Shown here: positions 19,987 to 29,480 of the stretch, in pieces | Position numbering within the stretch: position 1 is the stretch's first letter | Layout: every line of letters begins with the position of its first letter | Source of the DNA: an uncultured Alphaproteobacteria bacterium | GTDB lineage: Bacteria; Pseudomonadota; Alphaproteobacteria; CAAHEQ01; UBA3637 | NCBI GenBank assembly: GCA_944393195.1 | Contig: CALXZG010000003.1 | Location: forward strand, 35,223 to 99,222 | Length of the DNA stretch: 64,000 nucleotides | Direction of reading: 5' to 3' | Notes under the pieces: model-generated | The model's database searches: none | Told to the model about the DNA's origin: nothing | Seen by the model: the letters and a program-made list of their open reading frames with translations, nothing else | Position numbers and translations under genes: made by a program

Positions 19987-20658
19987 ATGGTAAAAAAGAA
20001 AGAAAAAGCGGTTAAATCACCGGTTGTCGCCAAAGCCGCGGCAATGTGTTCTCGTATCGGACAGCGGTGTCGTACGCGGTGTGCGGCGGTGTTGGCGGCG
20101 AAAGCTGCGGGCTTAATCGGCGTGATGGTTTTGGTCGCTTTGGGAATGAATGTCTGGACGGAAAACCGGGTTGTGATTCTTGAAGCGGATCGTGTCACGC
20201 AAGAAGTGACGGCTTTTAAACTGATTCGGGCGGAAGAGGGAAAATACGTCGCCCAATGGAATGCCGAAACCGATGTTGAGGTACGGGCTTTACAGGCAGA
20301 ACAGGACGAATTGAATAAGGAGAAGTCAAAACTGAGCGCGGCGCAATATAAGAAAAAGCAGGAGGCCTTAGCGAAGAAAATTGAAGTTTTGAAACGCAAG
20401 AATGAGTATCGGGTACGTCAGATTGCGACGGCTTCCCGGCAGGCGGCCTTATCAATACAAAAAGAGATGGGGGAGGCTATCAAGCGGGTTGCAAAGCGTG
20501 AACACGCCGGTATCATATTAAATTCGAGCAACGTTATTTATGCGGATGATGAAACGAATAATATAACGGACGCTGTGATTAAAGAGATGAACAAGGCGAT
20601 TACGTCAGTTACATATCCGAATCCGTTAACGTTTCAATTTACTTCGGGAGAAAAATAA
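19987..20658 (+). CDS. OmpH/Skp-like periplasmic chaperone
   Basis: 223 aa with an N-terminal hydrophobic anchor and a Lys/Glu/Gln coiled-coil core. Canonical position between bamA and lpxD. Confidence 0.7.
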   Translation: MVKKKEKAVKSPVVAKAAAMCSRIGQRCRTRCAAVLAAKAAGLIGVMVLVALGMNVWTENRVVILEADRVTQEVTAFKLIRAEEGKYVAQWNAETDVEVRALQAEQDELNKEKSKLSAAQYKKKQEALAKKIEVLKRKNEYRVRQIATASRQAALSIQKEMGEAIKRVAKREHAGIILNSSNVIYADDETNNITDAVIKEMNKAITSVTYPNPLTFQFTSGEK

Positions 20659-21744
20659 ATGGCAGACCCCCGTTTCTTTCAAAAAATAAATCAATTAACT
20701 TTGGCACAAGTGGCTTCCCTGGGGGAAGTCGCTTTGCCGGATACAGCGGACAAAGAACGTGTTTTCACGGATGTGGCGGATTTAGACAGTGCCGGTCCGG
20801 ATGATATTTCGTGGGCTTTTATCCCCAAAGTACGCGAGGCGTTAAAAAACACAAAAGCCGGTGCCGTGATTGTGCCGGAAAAATTTGTGTCTTTGGTGCC
20901 GGAGGGATGCATTCCGTTGGTATCGGCGGATGCGCATCGGTCGTACGGATTGGTGGCCAGTGCTTTTTACCCGAATCGGGTAGAGGCTTTTATTTCGGAG
21001 AAAGCGATAATTGATCCGACGGCGGAGATTGGTGACGGATGTCGGGTTGAGGCCGGGGCTTTTATCGGAGCGCATGTTAAATTGGGGGCGCGGTGTTATG
21101 TGCAGCCGAATGCGGTGATTATGGCCGGCGTCCAAATGGGGGATGATTGCGTTGTCGGTGCCAATGCGACGGTGTCGCACTGTATCGCGGGGAACAAAGT
21201 GTACATCTATCCGGGGTGTCATATCGGGCAGGACGGATTCGGTTTTGCGATGTCTCCGGCAAAGGGGCCGCAAAAGGTCCCGCAGTTGGGACGTGTTGTC
21301 ATCGGTGATGATGTGGAAATCGGATCATCGACGTGTGTTGATCGCGGGGCGATGGGTGATACGGTGATTGGCAGCGGATCGCGCATTGATAATTTGGTTC
21401 AGGTGGCGCACAATGTCAAGCTGGGCAAATGTTGCGTGATGGTGTCTCAGGTCGGGATTGCAGGCAGTTGTGAATTCGGTGATTTTGTGGTGGCCGGCGG
21501 TCAGGTCGGTTTTGCGGGACATTTAAAAATCGGAACGGGCGCGCAGATTGCGGCGCAATCCGGGCTGATGAGTGATGTGCCGGCGGGGGCTATTTTAATG
21601 GGGTCTCCGGCCGTGCCGCATAAAGAATACATGCGGCAAGTATTGGCGATTAAAAGTTTAACCAATCGAAAAGACGGCAAGCCTAAATTTTCATGGAAAG
21701 TTTATTTTATCAATCTGATATCAAAAATAAAAAAGAAAGGATAA
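20659..21744 (+). CDS. lpxD: UDP-3-O-acylglucosamine N-acyltransferase
   Basis: 361 aa with hexapeptide repeats throughout. Position is bamA-skp-lpxD-fabZ. Confidence 0.9.
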   Translation: MADPRFFQKINQLTLAQVASLGEVALPDTADKERVFTDVADLDSAGPDDISWAFIPKVREALKNTKAGAVIVPEKFVSLVPEGCIPLVSADAHRSYGLVASAFYPNRVEAFISEKAIIDPTAEIGDGCRVEAGAFIGAHVKLGARCYVQPNAVIMAGVQMGDDCVVGANATVSHCIAGNKVYIYPGCHIGQDGFGFAMSPAKGPQKVPQLGRVVIGDDVEIGSSTCVDRGAMGDTVIGSGSRIDNLVQVAHNVKLGKCCVMVSQVGIAGSCEFGDFVVAGGQVGFAGHLKIGTGAQIAAQSGLMSDVPAGAILMGSPAVPHKEYMRQVLAIKSLTNRKDGKPKFSWKVYFINLISKIKKKG

Positions 21745-21747
21745 CTT

Positions 21748-22230
21748 ATGACAGAAGAAAATCAACAACAAGTGAATCCGGTTATACCGGAAGTACGCAT
21801 CGGTGAAATTTTAAAATTATTACCGCATCGCTATCCGTTTTTATTAGTGGATAAGATGAAGGATGTGGAGCCGGGTGTATCCGGTATCGGTGTGAAAAAC
21901 GTGACAATGAATGAACCGTTTTTCCAAGGGCACTTTCCGGAAAACCCGGTTATGCCGGGCGTGTTGCAGATTGAGGCGATGGCGCAATCGGCGGGAATTA
22001 TTGTGTTATTATCTTTCCCGGAAGAAGAACGCAGCGGCAACAGTGTGTATTTCATGACGGTAGATGAAGTGAAATTCCGCAAGCCTGTTTTACCGGGGGA
22101 TGTGGTTGAATTCCATGTTCGGAAAGAACAAGCGGTTCGGAATGTGTTTAAGTTTCGCGGGGAAGCCTATGTCGATGGTAAGTTGGTGTCGCAGGCTATT
22201 TTCAGCGCGATGGTTTTTAAGAAGGCTTAG
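21748..22230 (+). CDS. fabZ: 3-hydroxyacyl-ACP dehydratase FabZ
   Basis: 160 aa with LPHRYPFLLVD and FFQGHFP...PVMPGVL motifs. Confidence 0.95.
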   Translation: MTEENQQQVNPVIPEVRIGEILKLLPHRYPFLLVDKMKDVEPGVSGIGVKNVTMNEPFFQGHFPENPVMPGVLQIEAMAQSAGIIVLLSFPEEERSGNSVYFMTVDEVKFRKPVLPGDVVEFHVRKEQAVRNVFKFRGEAYVDGKLVSQAIFSAMVFKKA

Positions 22231-22249
22231 AGAAAGGAGTTTCCCCCCT

Positions 22250-23050
22250 ATGGTTCAGATTCATCCTTCTGCGATTGTTGATCCGAAAGCCGAATTAGCC
22301 GATGATGTGGTTGTTGGACCGTTTTGTACGGTCGGACCGCATGTGCGAATCGGTGCCGGGTCGCGGCTTATTTCTCATGTTGTGGTAGACGGTTATACGA
22401 CGATGGGGGAACGTAATACCGTTTATCCGTTCGCGACGTTAGGGTTGTTGGCGCAACACAAGCGCAGTAATGCACCGGATGCGGTGTTGATTATCGGAGA
22501 TGACAATACGTTCCGCGAACATGTGACGGCGCATGTCGGGTCGGAAGTTGACAATAAAATCACGCGTATCGGAAACCGTAATTTATTTTTGGTGGCGAGT
22601 CATATTGCACATGATTGTGTATTGGGCGACGATATTGTGATGAGCAACAATGCGACATTGGCGGGGCATGTACATGTCGGAGATCGGGCGACGATTGGCG
22701 GGTTGGCGGCTATTTTGCAATTTACCCGTATCGGTGCCGGTGCGATGATTGGCGGTATGTGCGGTATCGTGCGGGATGTGATTCCGTATGGGTTGGTGAT
22801 GGGCGGACCTCGATCAGGGTTGGCCGGATTAAACTTAATCGGATTACAGCGCCAAGGTGTGGCAAAAGAGGATATTATCACTTTACAGCAGGCCTATAAG
22901 ACCTTATTTAACAAGGAGGATGCAACACCGTTTGCAGAGCGGTTGCAGGCTTTGGCCGCGAGGGAGGCTTATCGAACTAACGCCTTGGTTCGGCAGGTGA
23001 TTGATTTTGTCTTACATCCGTCCAAAAACAATATTTTGCAGCCGGATTAG
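22250..23050 (+). CDS. lpxA: UDP-N-acetylglucosamine acyltransferase
   Basis: I place the start at the ATG at 22250 (MVQIHPSAIVDP) behind an AAGGAG Shine-Dalgarno. The track ORF extends upstream into fabZ. Hexapeptide repeats plus a helical C-terminus. Confidence 0.9.
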   Translation: MVQIHPSAIVDPKAELADDVVVGPFCTVGPHVRIGAGSRLISHVVVDGYTTMGERNTVYPFATLGLLAQHKRSNAPDAVLIIGDDNTFREHVTAHVGSEVDNKITRIGNRNLFLVASHIAHDCVLGDDIVMSNNATLAGHVHVGDRATIGGLAAILQFTRIGAGAMIGGMCGIVRDVIPYGLVMGGPRSGLAGLNLIGLQRQGVAKEDIITLQQAYKTLFNKEDATPFAERLQALAAREAYRTNALVRQVIDFVLHPSKNNILQPD

Positions 23051-23068
23051 AGAACGAGGAGAACGCCG

Positions 23069-23887
23069 ATGCGAAAATTAGGGATTATTGCCGGAAACGG
23101 TGCTTTGCCGCGCGGGTTAATTACCGCTTGTCAGACGGCGGGGCGTCCCTTTTTTGTCATCGGATTAAAAGGTCATGCGGCGCCGGATTTGTTGACCGGG
23201 GGCATTCCGGGAGCTTTTGTTCGGGTCGGATCGGTCGGTCGGACCGTGCGGCTATTTAAAAAAGCGAAAGTTCAGGATATTGTCTTTATTGGTGGCGTTC
23301 GACGGCCATCGATGGTTGAGGTCATGCCGGATGTCGGCGGGGCTTTGTTGTTGATGCGGCTTGGATTCCGGATGTTGGGGGATGACAATTTGTTGCGGGC
23401 GATTGCGGCGGAAGCGGAGCGGCATGGTTTTCGGGTTGTCGGGATTGATGACTTGATGCCGGAGTTGGTGGTGCAGCCGGGAGTATACGGATCGGTTGTA
23501 CCGACGAAAGCGGATCAGGCGGATATTCGGCAAGGGTATCAGGTTGCCAAATTGTTGGGGCAAGCGGATGTCGGGCAAGCGGTTATTGTTCAGCGCGGAT
23601 TGGTTTTATCGGTTGAAGGGATTGAAGGAACGGCGGCTTTAATTCGACGAACGGCGGAGTTAAAACGGAAAGGTGGCGGCGGTGTTTTGGTTAAGGTAGC
23701 CAAGCCGCAACAGGATCGCCGGATGGATTTACCGACGATCGGGCCGGCGACGGTTCAGGCAGTCTTTGAGGCCGGATTAAAGGGGATTGCGGTTGAGGCC
23801 GGCGGGGCTTTGTTGGCGGAAGCGGACAAAACGGTGGCGTTGGCGAATCGGCTTCATATTTTTGTCGTCGGGGTAAAGGGGGAATAG
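23069..23887 (+). CDS. lpxI: UDP-2,3-diacylglucosamine pyrophosphatase LpxI (DUF1009)
   Basis: 272 aa between lpxA and lpxB. GIIAG.G.LP N-terminus and DVGQAVIV...GIEGT motif. Confidence 0.8.
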   Translation: MRKLGIIAGNGALPRGLITACQTAGRPFFVIGLKGHAAPDLLTGGIPGAFVRVGSVGRTVRLFKKAKVQDIVFIGGVRRPSMVEVMPDVGGALLLMRLGFRMLGDDNLLRAIAAEAERHGFRVVGIDDLMPELVVQPGVYGSVVPTKADQADIRQGYQVAKLLGQADVGQAVIVQRGLVLSVEGIEGTAALIRRTAELKRKGGGGVLVKVAKPQQDRRMDLPTIGPATVQAVFEAGLKGIAVEAGGALLAEADKTVALANRLHIFVVGVKGE

Positions 23888-23890
23888 AGA

Positions 23891-25045
23891 ATGAGTCAGT
23901 TACGGGTCTATTTAATCGCAGGCGAGCCGTCGGGAGATTTATTAGGGGCGCGTTTAATGCGGGCGATGAAGAAACAAATGGGCGATTCGGTTGTGTTTGA
24001 CGGTGTCGGCGGGGAGGCTATGGCGGCCGAAGGGTTACACAGCTTATTTGATATTCGGGATTTGGCGGTGATGGGCCTTGTGGAAGTGATTCCGAGTATT
24101 CCGAAAATTTTGCGTCATTTGGATGAGATTGTGGCGGATATTCAAGAAAAAAAGCCCGATATTGTCATGACGATTGACAGTTACAGTTTTTCGGCGCGGG
24201 TGCATCAGCGATTAAAGAAAGCCGGATATACGCAGCCGCATGTCCATTGTGTGGCACCGCAGGTGTGGGCTTGGAAAAAAGGGCGGGCGAAAAAAATCGG
24301 TCAATTCGTGGATCATTTGTTTTGTCTGTTACCGAACGAGCAGGATTATTTCACGCCCCATGGAATGCCGACGACTTTTATCGGGCATCCGGTAATCGAA
24401 GGCGGGGCGGACAAGGGGGATGGTGCGGCTTTTCGGGCGCGCTACGGTATTGCGTCGGATGCGACGGTTTTGTGTGTTTTACCGGGCAGTCGTAAGAATG
24501 AAATCAAATATTTGTTGCCGGTCTTTAAGGAATCGGCAGAGCTATTGCAAAGTTACGTGCCGAATTTGTTTGTGGTTATTCCGACGGTCGCGACGGTGGC
24601 CGATCGGATTCGGAAAGAGTTGGCTTCGTGGCCGGTACCGCATGTCATCGTTTCCGGAGAACGGGAACGGTATGATGCTTTTGCAGCGGCAACGGTGGCT
24701 TTGGCTGCGTCGGGGACGGTCAGTTTGGAATTGGCGATGGCGGGGGTACCGCATTTAATTGCCTATAAGGTTAGTCCGTTAACGGGGGCAATTGCCCGGC
24801 GCTTATTAAAGATTCGGTTTGTCAATTTATTAAATTTATTGGCGGATCAGGAAATCATTCCCGAATTATTGCAGGAAGATTGTACGGTTGACAATGTGGT
24901 GGAAACGCTTCGGCAATTATTGGAACATCCGGAGCAGGCAACGACGGAGAGCCTGAAAAAATTAGGGTTGGGAGATCCGCATTCGCCGTCGGATAAGTTG
25001 GCAGAAGAGCTGCAAAAAATAGCGCGGCAGAGGAAAAAAGAATGA
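23891..25045 (+). CDS. lpxB: Lipid-A-disaccharide synthase
   Basis: 384 aa with an AGEPSGDLLGARL N-terminus and a GT-B fold C-terminus, SGTVSLELA. Confidence 0.9.
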   Translation: MSQLRVYLIAGEPSGDLLGARLMRAMKKQMGDSVVFDGVGGEAMAAEGLHSLFDIRDLAVMGLVEVIPSIPKILRHLDEIVADIQEKKPDIVMTIDSYSFSARVHQRLKKAGYTQPHVHCVAPQVWAWKKGRAKKIGQFVDHLFCLLPNEQDYFTPHGMPTTFIGHPVIEGGADKGDGAAFRARYGIASDATVLCVLPGSRKNEIKYLLPVFKESAELLQSYVPNLFVVIPTVATVADRIRKELASWPVPHVIVSGERERYDAFAAATVALAASGTVSLELAMAGVPHLIAYKVSPLTGAIARRLLKIRFVNLLNLLADQEIIPELLQEDCTVDNVVETLRQLLEHPEQATTESLKKLGLGDPHSPSDKLAEELQKIARQRKKE

Positions 25046-25725
25046 GTATTGAAGAACGCAGAACGTTGTATCATTTTCCGTTGTGTCCTTTTTCACGCAA
25101 GGTACGCCTTGTCCTGTTTGAAAAAGGAATTCCGTATGCGTTGGTTCAGGAAACGCCTTGGTTACGGCGACCGGATTTTTTAAAACTCAATCCGTTGGGC
25201 GATTTGCCGGTTTTGGTGGAGCCGGACGGGCATGTGTTGACGAATCATCAGGCGATTTGCGAGTATTTGAATGAGGTTTTTCCGGTGCCGACGATGTTGG
25301 GGGAAACGGCACGAGGGCGCGCCGAAATCCGGCGTATTGCAAATTGGTTTGACACGTCTTTTTACATGGATGTGTTTAAGCCGTTAGTCGGGGAGCGGGT
25401 GTATAAGGCTTTGAAAGGCAGCGGTGCGCCGAATTCATTATTGATTCGGGCCGCACGGGAAAACTTAAAAAACTATATGGGATATGTGGATTGGTTGGCC
25501 GCACGGCGGAGTTATTTAGGGGGGCGTAACCTGTCATTGGCGGATTTAACGGTCGCGGCGCACTTGTCCGTATTGGATTATTTGGGGGAGATGGCATGGG
25601 AAAATTATCCGGATGCAAAGTTGTGGTATGCAAAAATTAAGTCCCGACCTGCATTTAGTTCTTTACTTAATGATAAATTAGCTGGTATAATGCCATCAGA
25701 AACGTATACCGATTTGGATTTTTAA
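25042..25725 (+). CDS. Glutathione S-transferase family protein
   Basis: 227 aa with a thioredoxin-like N-terminus (LYHFPLCPFSRKVR, NPLGDLPVL) and a helical C-domain. Confidence 0.8.
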   Translation: MSIEERRTLYHFPLCPFSRKVRLVLFEKGIPYALVQETPWLRRPDFLKLNPLGDLPVLVEPDGHVLTNHQAICEYLNEVFPVPTMLGETARGRAEIRRIANWFDTSFYMDVFKPLVGERVYKALKGSGAPNSLLIRAARENLKNYMGYVDWLAARRSYLGGRNLSLADLTVAAHLSVLDYLGEMAWENYPDAKLWYAKIKSRPAFSSLLNDKLAGIMPSETYTDLDF

Positions 25726-25735
25726 GGAGTTACCG

Positions 25736-26143
25736 ATGAAGCGTTTGAAATTGATGATGTTAATGGGGCTTTGCTTGTTGGGATTGAGTGCTTGCGGCGG
25801 CGGGCAGAAAGTCTTTTATTGGGAGCGTCCGAACACGGGGGCCGTTTGGTTTGCCCGGGATCACAATTATTGCATCGGGGAGGCCGATTATTGGCCGTTT
25901 ACATGGCCGGGGTTGCCTTGGGGATGGGGGGCTCCGCCGGAATTGAATTTACGATTTGACAATGACTCCGATCATGGGGTGTGGGCACAATTCGTGCCGA
26001 TGCCGGGGGCTCAACCGGTGTATGTCAATACGACGGTTGGAGACTGGTCGGTATCATACAGTGATTATGAGGCGTGTATGGAGGCTCGGGATTACGTTCA
26101 ACGGAAACCGGCAACGCAAAACAGGCAGGTCTTTTATCAATAG
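25736..26143 (+). CDS. Hypothetical lipoprotein
   Basis: 135 aa with lipobox LGLSAC. Trp-rich. Confidence 0.65.
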   Translation: MKRLKLMMLMGLCLLGLSACGGGQKVFYWERPNTGAVWFARDHNYCIGEADYWPFTWPGLPWGWGAPPELNLRFDNDSDHGVWAQFVPMPGAQPVYVNTTVGDWSVSYSDYEACMEARDYVQRKPATQNRQVFYQ

Positions 26144-26159
26144 AGATGAAATCTGACAA

Positions 26160-27296
26160 ATGAATCAGAATCCGGTTGTCTTACAAGTTCTGCCGACTTT
26201 GGAAATGGGAGGCGTTGAGCGGGGAACGGTTGAAGTAGCGGCGGCTTTGCAACAGGCCGGCATTCGTAATTATGTGGTTTCGGCAGGTGGTCCGATGGTT
26301 CGGGAACTGACCAAAATGGGCGTAGAGCATATCACTTTGCCGGTTCAGCGTAAAAATCCGTTGGTGATATGGCGGAATATCAGTCGGTTGGTGCGGGTTA
26401 TTCGGGATAAAAAAATCACCTTGGTTCATGTGCGATCTCGGGCACCGGCTTGGGCAGTCAAGTATGCCTGTCGACGGACGGGGGTACCTTTTGTGACGAC
26501 GTATCACGGTGTGTATGGCATTGAGCCGGCTTGGCTTAAAAAACCCTACAATCGGGTCATGACAGTCGGAAAGCGGGTTATTGCCGTATCGGATTTTGTG
26601 AAGCGTCACATTATGACCGAATACGGGGTGCCAGCCGATCGGATTGTAACGATTTATCGGGGAGCGGATGTTCGGCGGTTTAATCCGGATCGGGTGATGT
26701 TGGAGCGCGTGACGGATTTAATGCAGGCGTATCAGATATCGCCGGAAAAGCCTGTCATTACGTTGGTCGGTCGGTTGACTAAAATTAAGGGACACGGCGT
26801 GTTATTGGCGGCTTTGGCGCAGATGCGGCATAAGGATGTGACATGTTTGTTTGTCGGGTCGGATCAGGGGCGGTCGGCATATGTGGCCGAATTGCGGGAG
26901 CAGATTCATTCTTTGCCGGCGCAAACATCGGTTCAAATGATTAAATCGTGTGCGGACATGCCGGCGCTGTATTTAATGAGTGATGTGATCGTCAATGCAT
27001 CGATTGTACCGGAGTCTTTCGGGCGGACGGTAACGGAGGCTCAGGCAATGGGGCGGATTGTTGTGGCGAGTGCGCATGGCGGGGCGTGCGAGACGATTCG
27101 GGACGGAGAAACGGGCTTTTTAGTGCCGCCGGGAGATGTGACGGCTTTGGCCGAACGCTTGGATCAGGTGTTGGATATGTCGGTCGGGGATCGCAAGAAG
27201 ATGCAAGCGGCGGGAATTGCGTCGGTGCGGGAGCGTTTTTCCGTGCAAAGTATGTGTGCGCAGACGATTGCTTTATATCAAGAGGTATCTTTATGA
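26160..27296 (+). CDS. Glycosyltransferase family 4 (GT-B)
   Basis: 378 aa with GGVERG at the N-terminus and an E(x7)E-like region, ESFGRTVTEAQAMGRIVVAS...ETI.DG.TG. Confidence 0.85.
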   Translation: MNQNPVVLQVLPTLEMGGVERGTVEVAAALQQAGIRNYVVSAGGPMVRELTKMGVEHITLPVQRKNPLVIWRNISRLVRVIRDKKITLVHVRSRAPAWAVKYACRRTGVPFVTTYHGVYGIEPAWLKKPYNRVMTVGKRVIAVSDFVKRHIMTEYGVPADRIVTIYRGADVRRFNPDRVMLERVTDLMQAYQISPEKPVITLVGRLTKIKGHGVLLAALAQMRHKDVTCLFVGSDQGRSAYVAELREQIHSLPAQTSVQMIKSCADMPALYLMSDVIVNASIVPESFGRTVTEAQAMGRIVVASAHGGACETIRDGETGFLVPPGDVTALAERLDQVLDMSVGDRKKMQAAGIASVRERFSVQSMCAQTIALYQEVSL

Positions 27297-27712
27297 GAAA
27301 GAAGAAAGAAAAAGAAGTCAGAGAAATGACACCGGAGGAGCGCTACTCGCAATTGGAGCAGATGGCATCTGTATTAGAGCGGATGCGGATTGGCGAATAT
27401 GTCAATAACTTTAATCGGCCGATGCGGATTATTTGGTTGAATTTGTTGAGCGGAATTGCGAAAGGGGTCGGCTTGACAATCGGGGCGACGTTGGTTATTG
27501 CAATTATCTTTAAGTTATTAAGTGCGTTGATTGCGATGAATATTCCGTATTTAACGGATGTTTTACAGGATGTGGTGCAGATTGTCAAAGCTACGCCGGG
27601 ATTAGATAAGATGCATTCGTTGACGACGGTTGAAACGCATGTCGGGGATCAGCAGGTGGATGTTATTGTCATGGATCCGAAGGAGGCAGAAAATGGAGCA
27701 AAATCAAATTAA
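27293..27712 (+). CDS. Small membrane protein (DUF5665-like)
   Basis: I place the start at the ATG at 27293, forming an ATGA overlap with the GT4 gene. About 139 aa with a basic N-terminus and a hairpin TM region, LNLLSGIAKGVGLTIGATLVIAIIF. The family name is from memory only. Confidence 0.55.
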   Translation: MRKKKEKEVREMTPEERYSQLEQMASVLERMRIGEYVNNFNRPMRIIWLNLLSGIAKGVGLTIGATLVIAIIFKLLSALIAMNIPYLTDVLQDVVQIVKATPGLDKMHSLTTVETHVGDQQVDVIVMDPKEAENGAKSN

Positions 27713-28466
27713 AGTCGGTATTATCGGGTATGGTGTCATCGGGGAAACATTCGGTCGGTGGTTACAGGCGCATACGGCGTGTCGGATGGCTATATCGGAT
27801 CCGCCAAAGGGGTTAAACGATGATTTGACGGGATGTTCGATTTTCTTTATCGGGATTCATATTCCGACGGAGGCGGACGGAACGCAGGATTTAACGACCT
27901 TGAAGGAAATCATTCGGGGATTGCCGGCAGGACCGGTGGTGATTCGGACGACGTTATTGCCGGGGACGTGTGATGCTTTAACGGCGGAGTTGGGACGGCC
28001 GGTGTATTTTATGCCGGAGTTTTTAACGGAGCGGACATGCTATGACGATTTTTGTCAGCAGGATGTTATTATCACGGGGGCGACCGATATTTTGGATGTG
28101 ATTTTTGCCTCCAAAAGGCGGCAATACATGAGCAATATTGAAGCGGAAATTACCAAATATGCGCACAATGTGTTTGGGGCTTTGGCCGTTACTTATTACA
28201 ACGGTATTTATGAATTATGTCAGAAGAGCGGTGCCGACTATCAAAAAGTGCGGGAAGGCTTTTTATTGAGCGGTTATTTAAGTCCGACGCATACGTTTGT
28301 GCCGGGTCCGGACGGCAAGTTCGGTTATGGCGGTAAGTGCTTCCCGAAAGATGTGAATGCTTTTGCGCAAATGAATCAGGGAACGCCGTTGGGCGAATTG
28401 TTGGCAACGGCCGCACGGCAAAATGAATATTATCGCGCTAAGCCGGTTAAATCGTCAGAGAAATGA
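27693..28466 (+). CDS. Short UDP-glucose/GDP-mannose dehydrogenase-family protein (lacks the usual C-terminal domain)
   Basis: Start placed at MEQNQIKVGIIGYGVIG (Rossmann fold). Motifs PEFLTER and GGKCFPKD (catalytic Cys) are present. At about 257 aa it is much shorter than typical family members. Confidence 0.65.
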   Translation: MEQNQIKVGIIGYGVIGETFGRWLQAHTACRMAISDPPKGLNDDLTGCSIFFIGIHIPTEADGTQDLTTLKEIIRGLPAGPVVIRTTLLPGTCDALTAELGRPVYFMPEFLTERTCYDDFCQQDVIITGATDILDVIFASKRRQYMSNIEAEITKYAHNVFGALAVTYYNGIYELCQKSGADYQKVREGFLLSGYLSPTHTFVPGPDGKFGYGGKCFPKDVNAFAQMNQGTPLGELLATAARQNEYYRAKPVKSSEK

Positions 28467-28473
28467 TATTGTT

Positions 28474-28500
28474 AAATCCCCGTCGGTCGGCGGGGATTTT
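28474..28500. terminator. Bidirectional intrinsic terminator between convergent genes
   Basis: AAATCCCCG-tcggtcgg-CGGGGATTT flanked by A/T runs. Confidence 0.75.
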
Positions 28501-28523
28501 TGTTGAACAACGGTGCAGATATT

Positions 28524-29213
28524 TTAACGTGTACCGTAATGGGGAAAAAGGGCGGATAATTGATCTTGCAAAGCTTGGTCCCGAAAAAAGGAGCGAATGG
28601 CGGATTCTTCCGGCGGGTTAATGTCACCGTCGAAAGTTCGGTAGGTTTGCAAGACATAGGTTGAAACGTTGGCGGCGGCCAATTCTTTACCGAGGCGGGC
28701 GATGTCATCGATTGTCAGGTACCGCGGATCGCATGTGGTGCGGACTTCAAAATCAATCCGATTATCCCGAAGAATGGTCAGGCTTTCCCACACTTTGTCC
28801 ACCATATGCGGGCGACCGGTCAGCAGGTCATATTTATCGCGGGGTGCTTTCACATCCAAGCCGACCCAATCAATCAGGGGTAACAGATCGCGCAGGCGGT
28901 CGGGATAAACGCCCGATGTATGGATGGCCAGTTGGTAACCGAGGGATTTAATGTATTCGGCCAAAGATGTTATACCGGGCATCATCAGTGGTTCTCCACC
29001 GGACAGGACAATACCGTCCAAGCGATTTCGACGGCTTTCCAAAAAGGCAAAAATATCTGTCCAATCGGTATCGGTCGGGGTATCGGGCGATTGTAGTGCC
29101 GGATTTTGGCAAAACGGGCACCGAAGCGGGCAACCTTGCAGAAAAATAACAGCCGCCAAACGGCCGGGAAAATCGATGGTGGTAAAGGGAACCAGTCCCG
29201 CAGCGTGTATCAT
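28524..29213 (-). CDS. nrdG: Anaerobic ribonucleoside-triphosphate reductase activating protein (radical SAM)
   Basis: 229 aa with the CPLRCPFCQNP cluster motif and SGGEP. Adjacent to nrdD. Confidence 0.9.
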   Translation of the reverse strand: MIHAAGLVPFTTIDFPGRLAAVIFLQGCPLRCPFCQNPALQSPDTPTDTDWTDIFAFLESRRNRLDGIVLSGGEPLMMPGITSLAEYIKSLGYQLAIHTSGVYPDRLRDLLPLIDWVGLDVKAPRDKYDLLTGRPHMVDKVWESLTILRDNRIDFEVRTTCDPRYLTIDDIARLGKELAAANVSTYVLQTYRTFDGDINPPEESAIRSFFRDQALQDQLSALFPHYGTR

Positions 29214-29269
29214 GGTCTTTTTTATCGTGAAAAAAAGGGGGCCGATATGCCCCCTTGTCGATTTTTATG

Positions 29270-29455
29270 TTAACCGGCTTTCCGCATTTCACAGGGGCAG
29301 GCATTGCTTTCAACAAACCAAACGCGTTCGTCAAATTCGCTTTTTTTCCCTTTATTGAATTGACTGTACGGACGAAAATAACCCATAACCCGTGTCCAAC
29401 ATTCAACCGGTTGCCGTAAAGATGCGTTGGCTTCCAAAATTTCTTTATCCGTCAT
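29270..29455 (-). CDS. Stand-alone NrdD C-terminal glycyl-radical segment (61 aa)
   Basis: MTDKEILEANASLRQPVECWTRVMGYFRPYSQFNKGKKSEFDERVWF... From memory, the E. coli NrdD C-terminus reads RRVCGYLGSPDARPFNAGKQEEVKRRV. AAGGAG lies 8 nt upstream of the ATG. The ORF is in a different frame from nrdD, whose stop is at 29481-29483. Confidence 0.65.
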   Translation of the reverse strand: MTDKEILEANASLRQPVECWTRVMGYFRPYSQFNKGKKSEFDERVWFVESNACPCEMRKAG

Positions 29456-29480
29456 TTTTTTTCTCCTTTTTGGTTTGTTG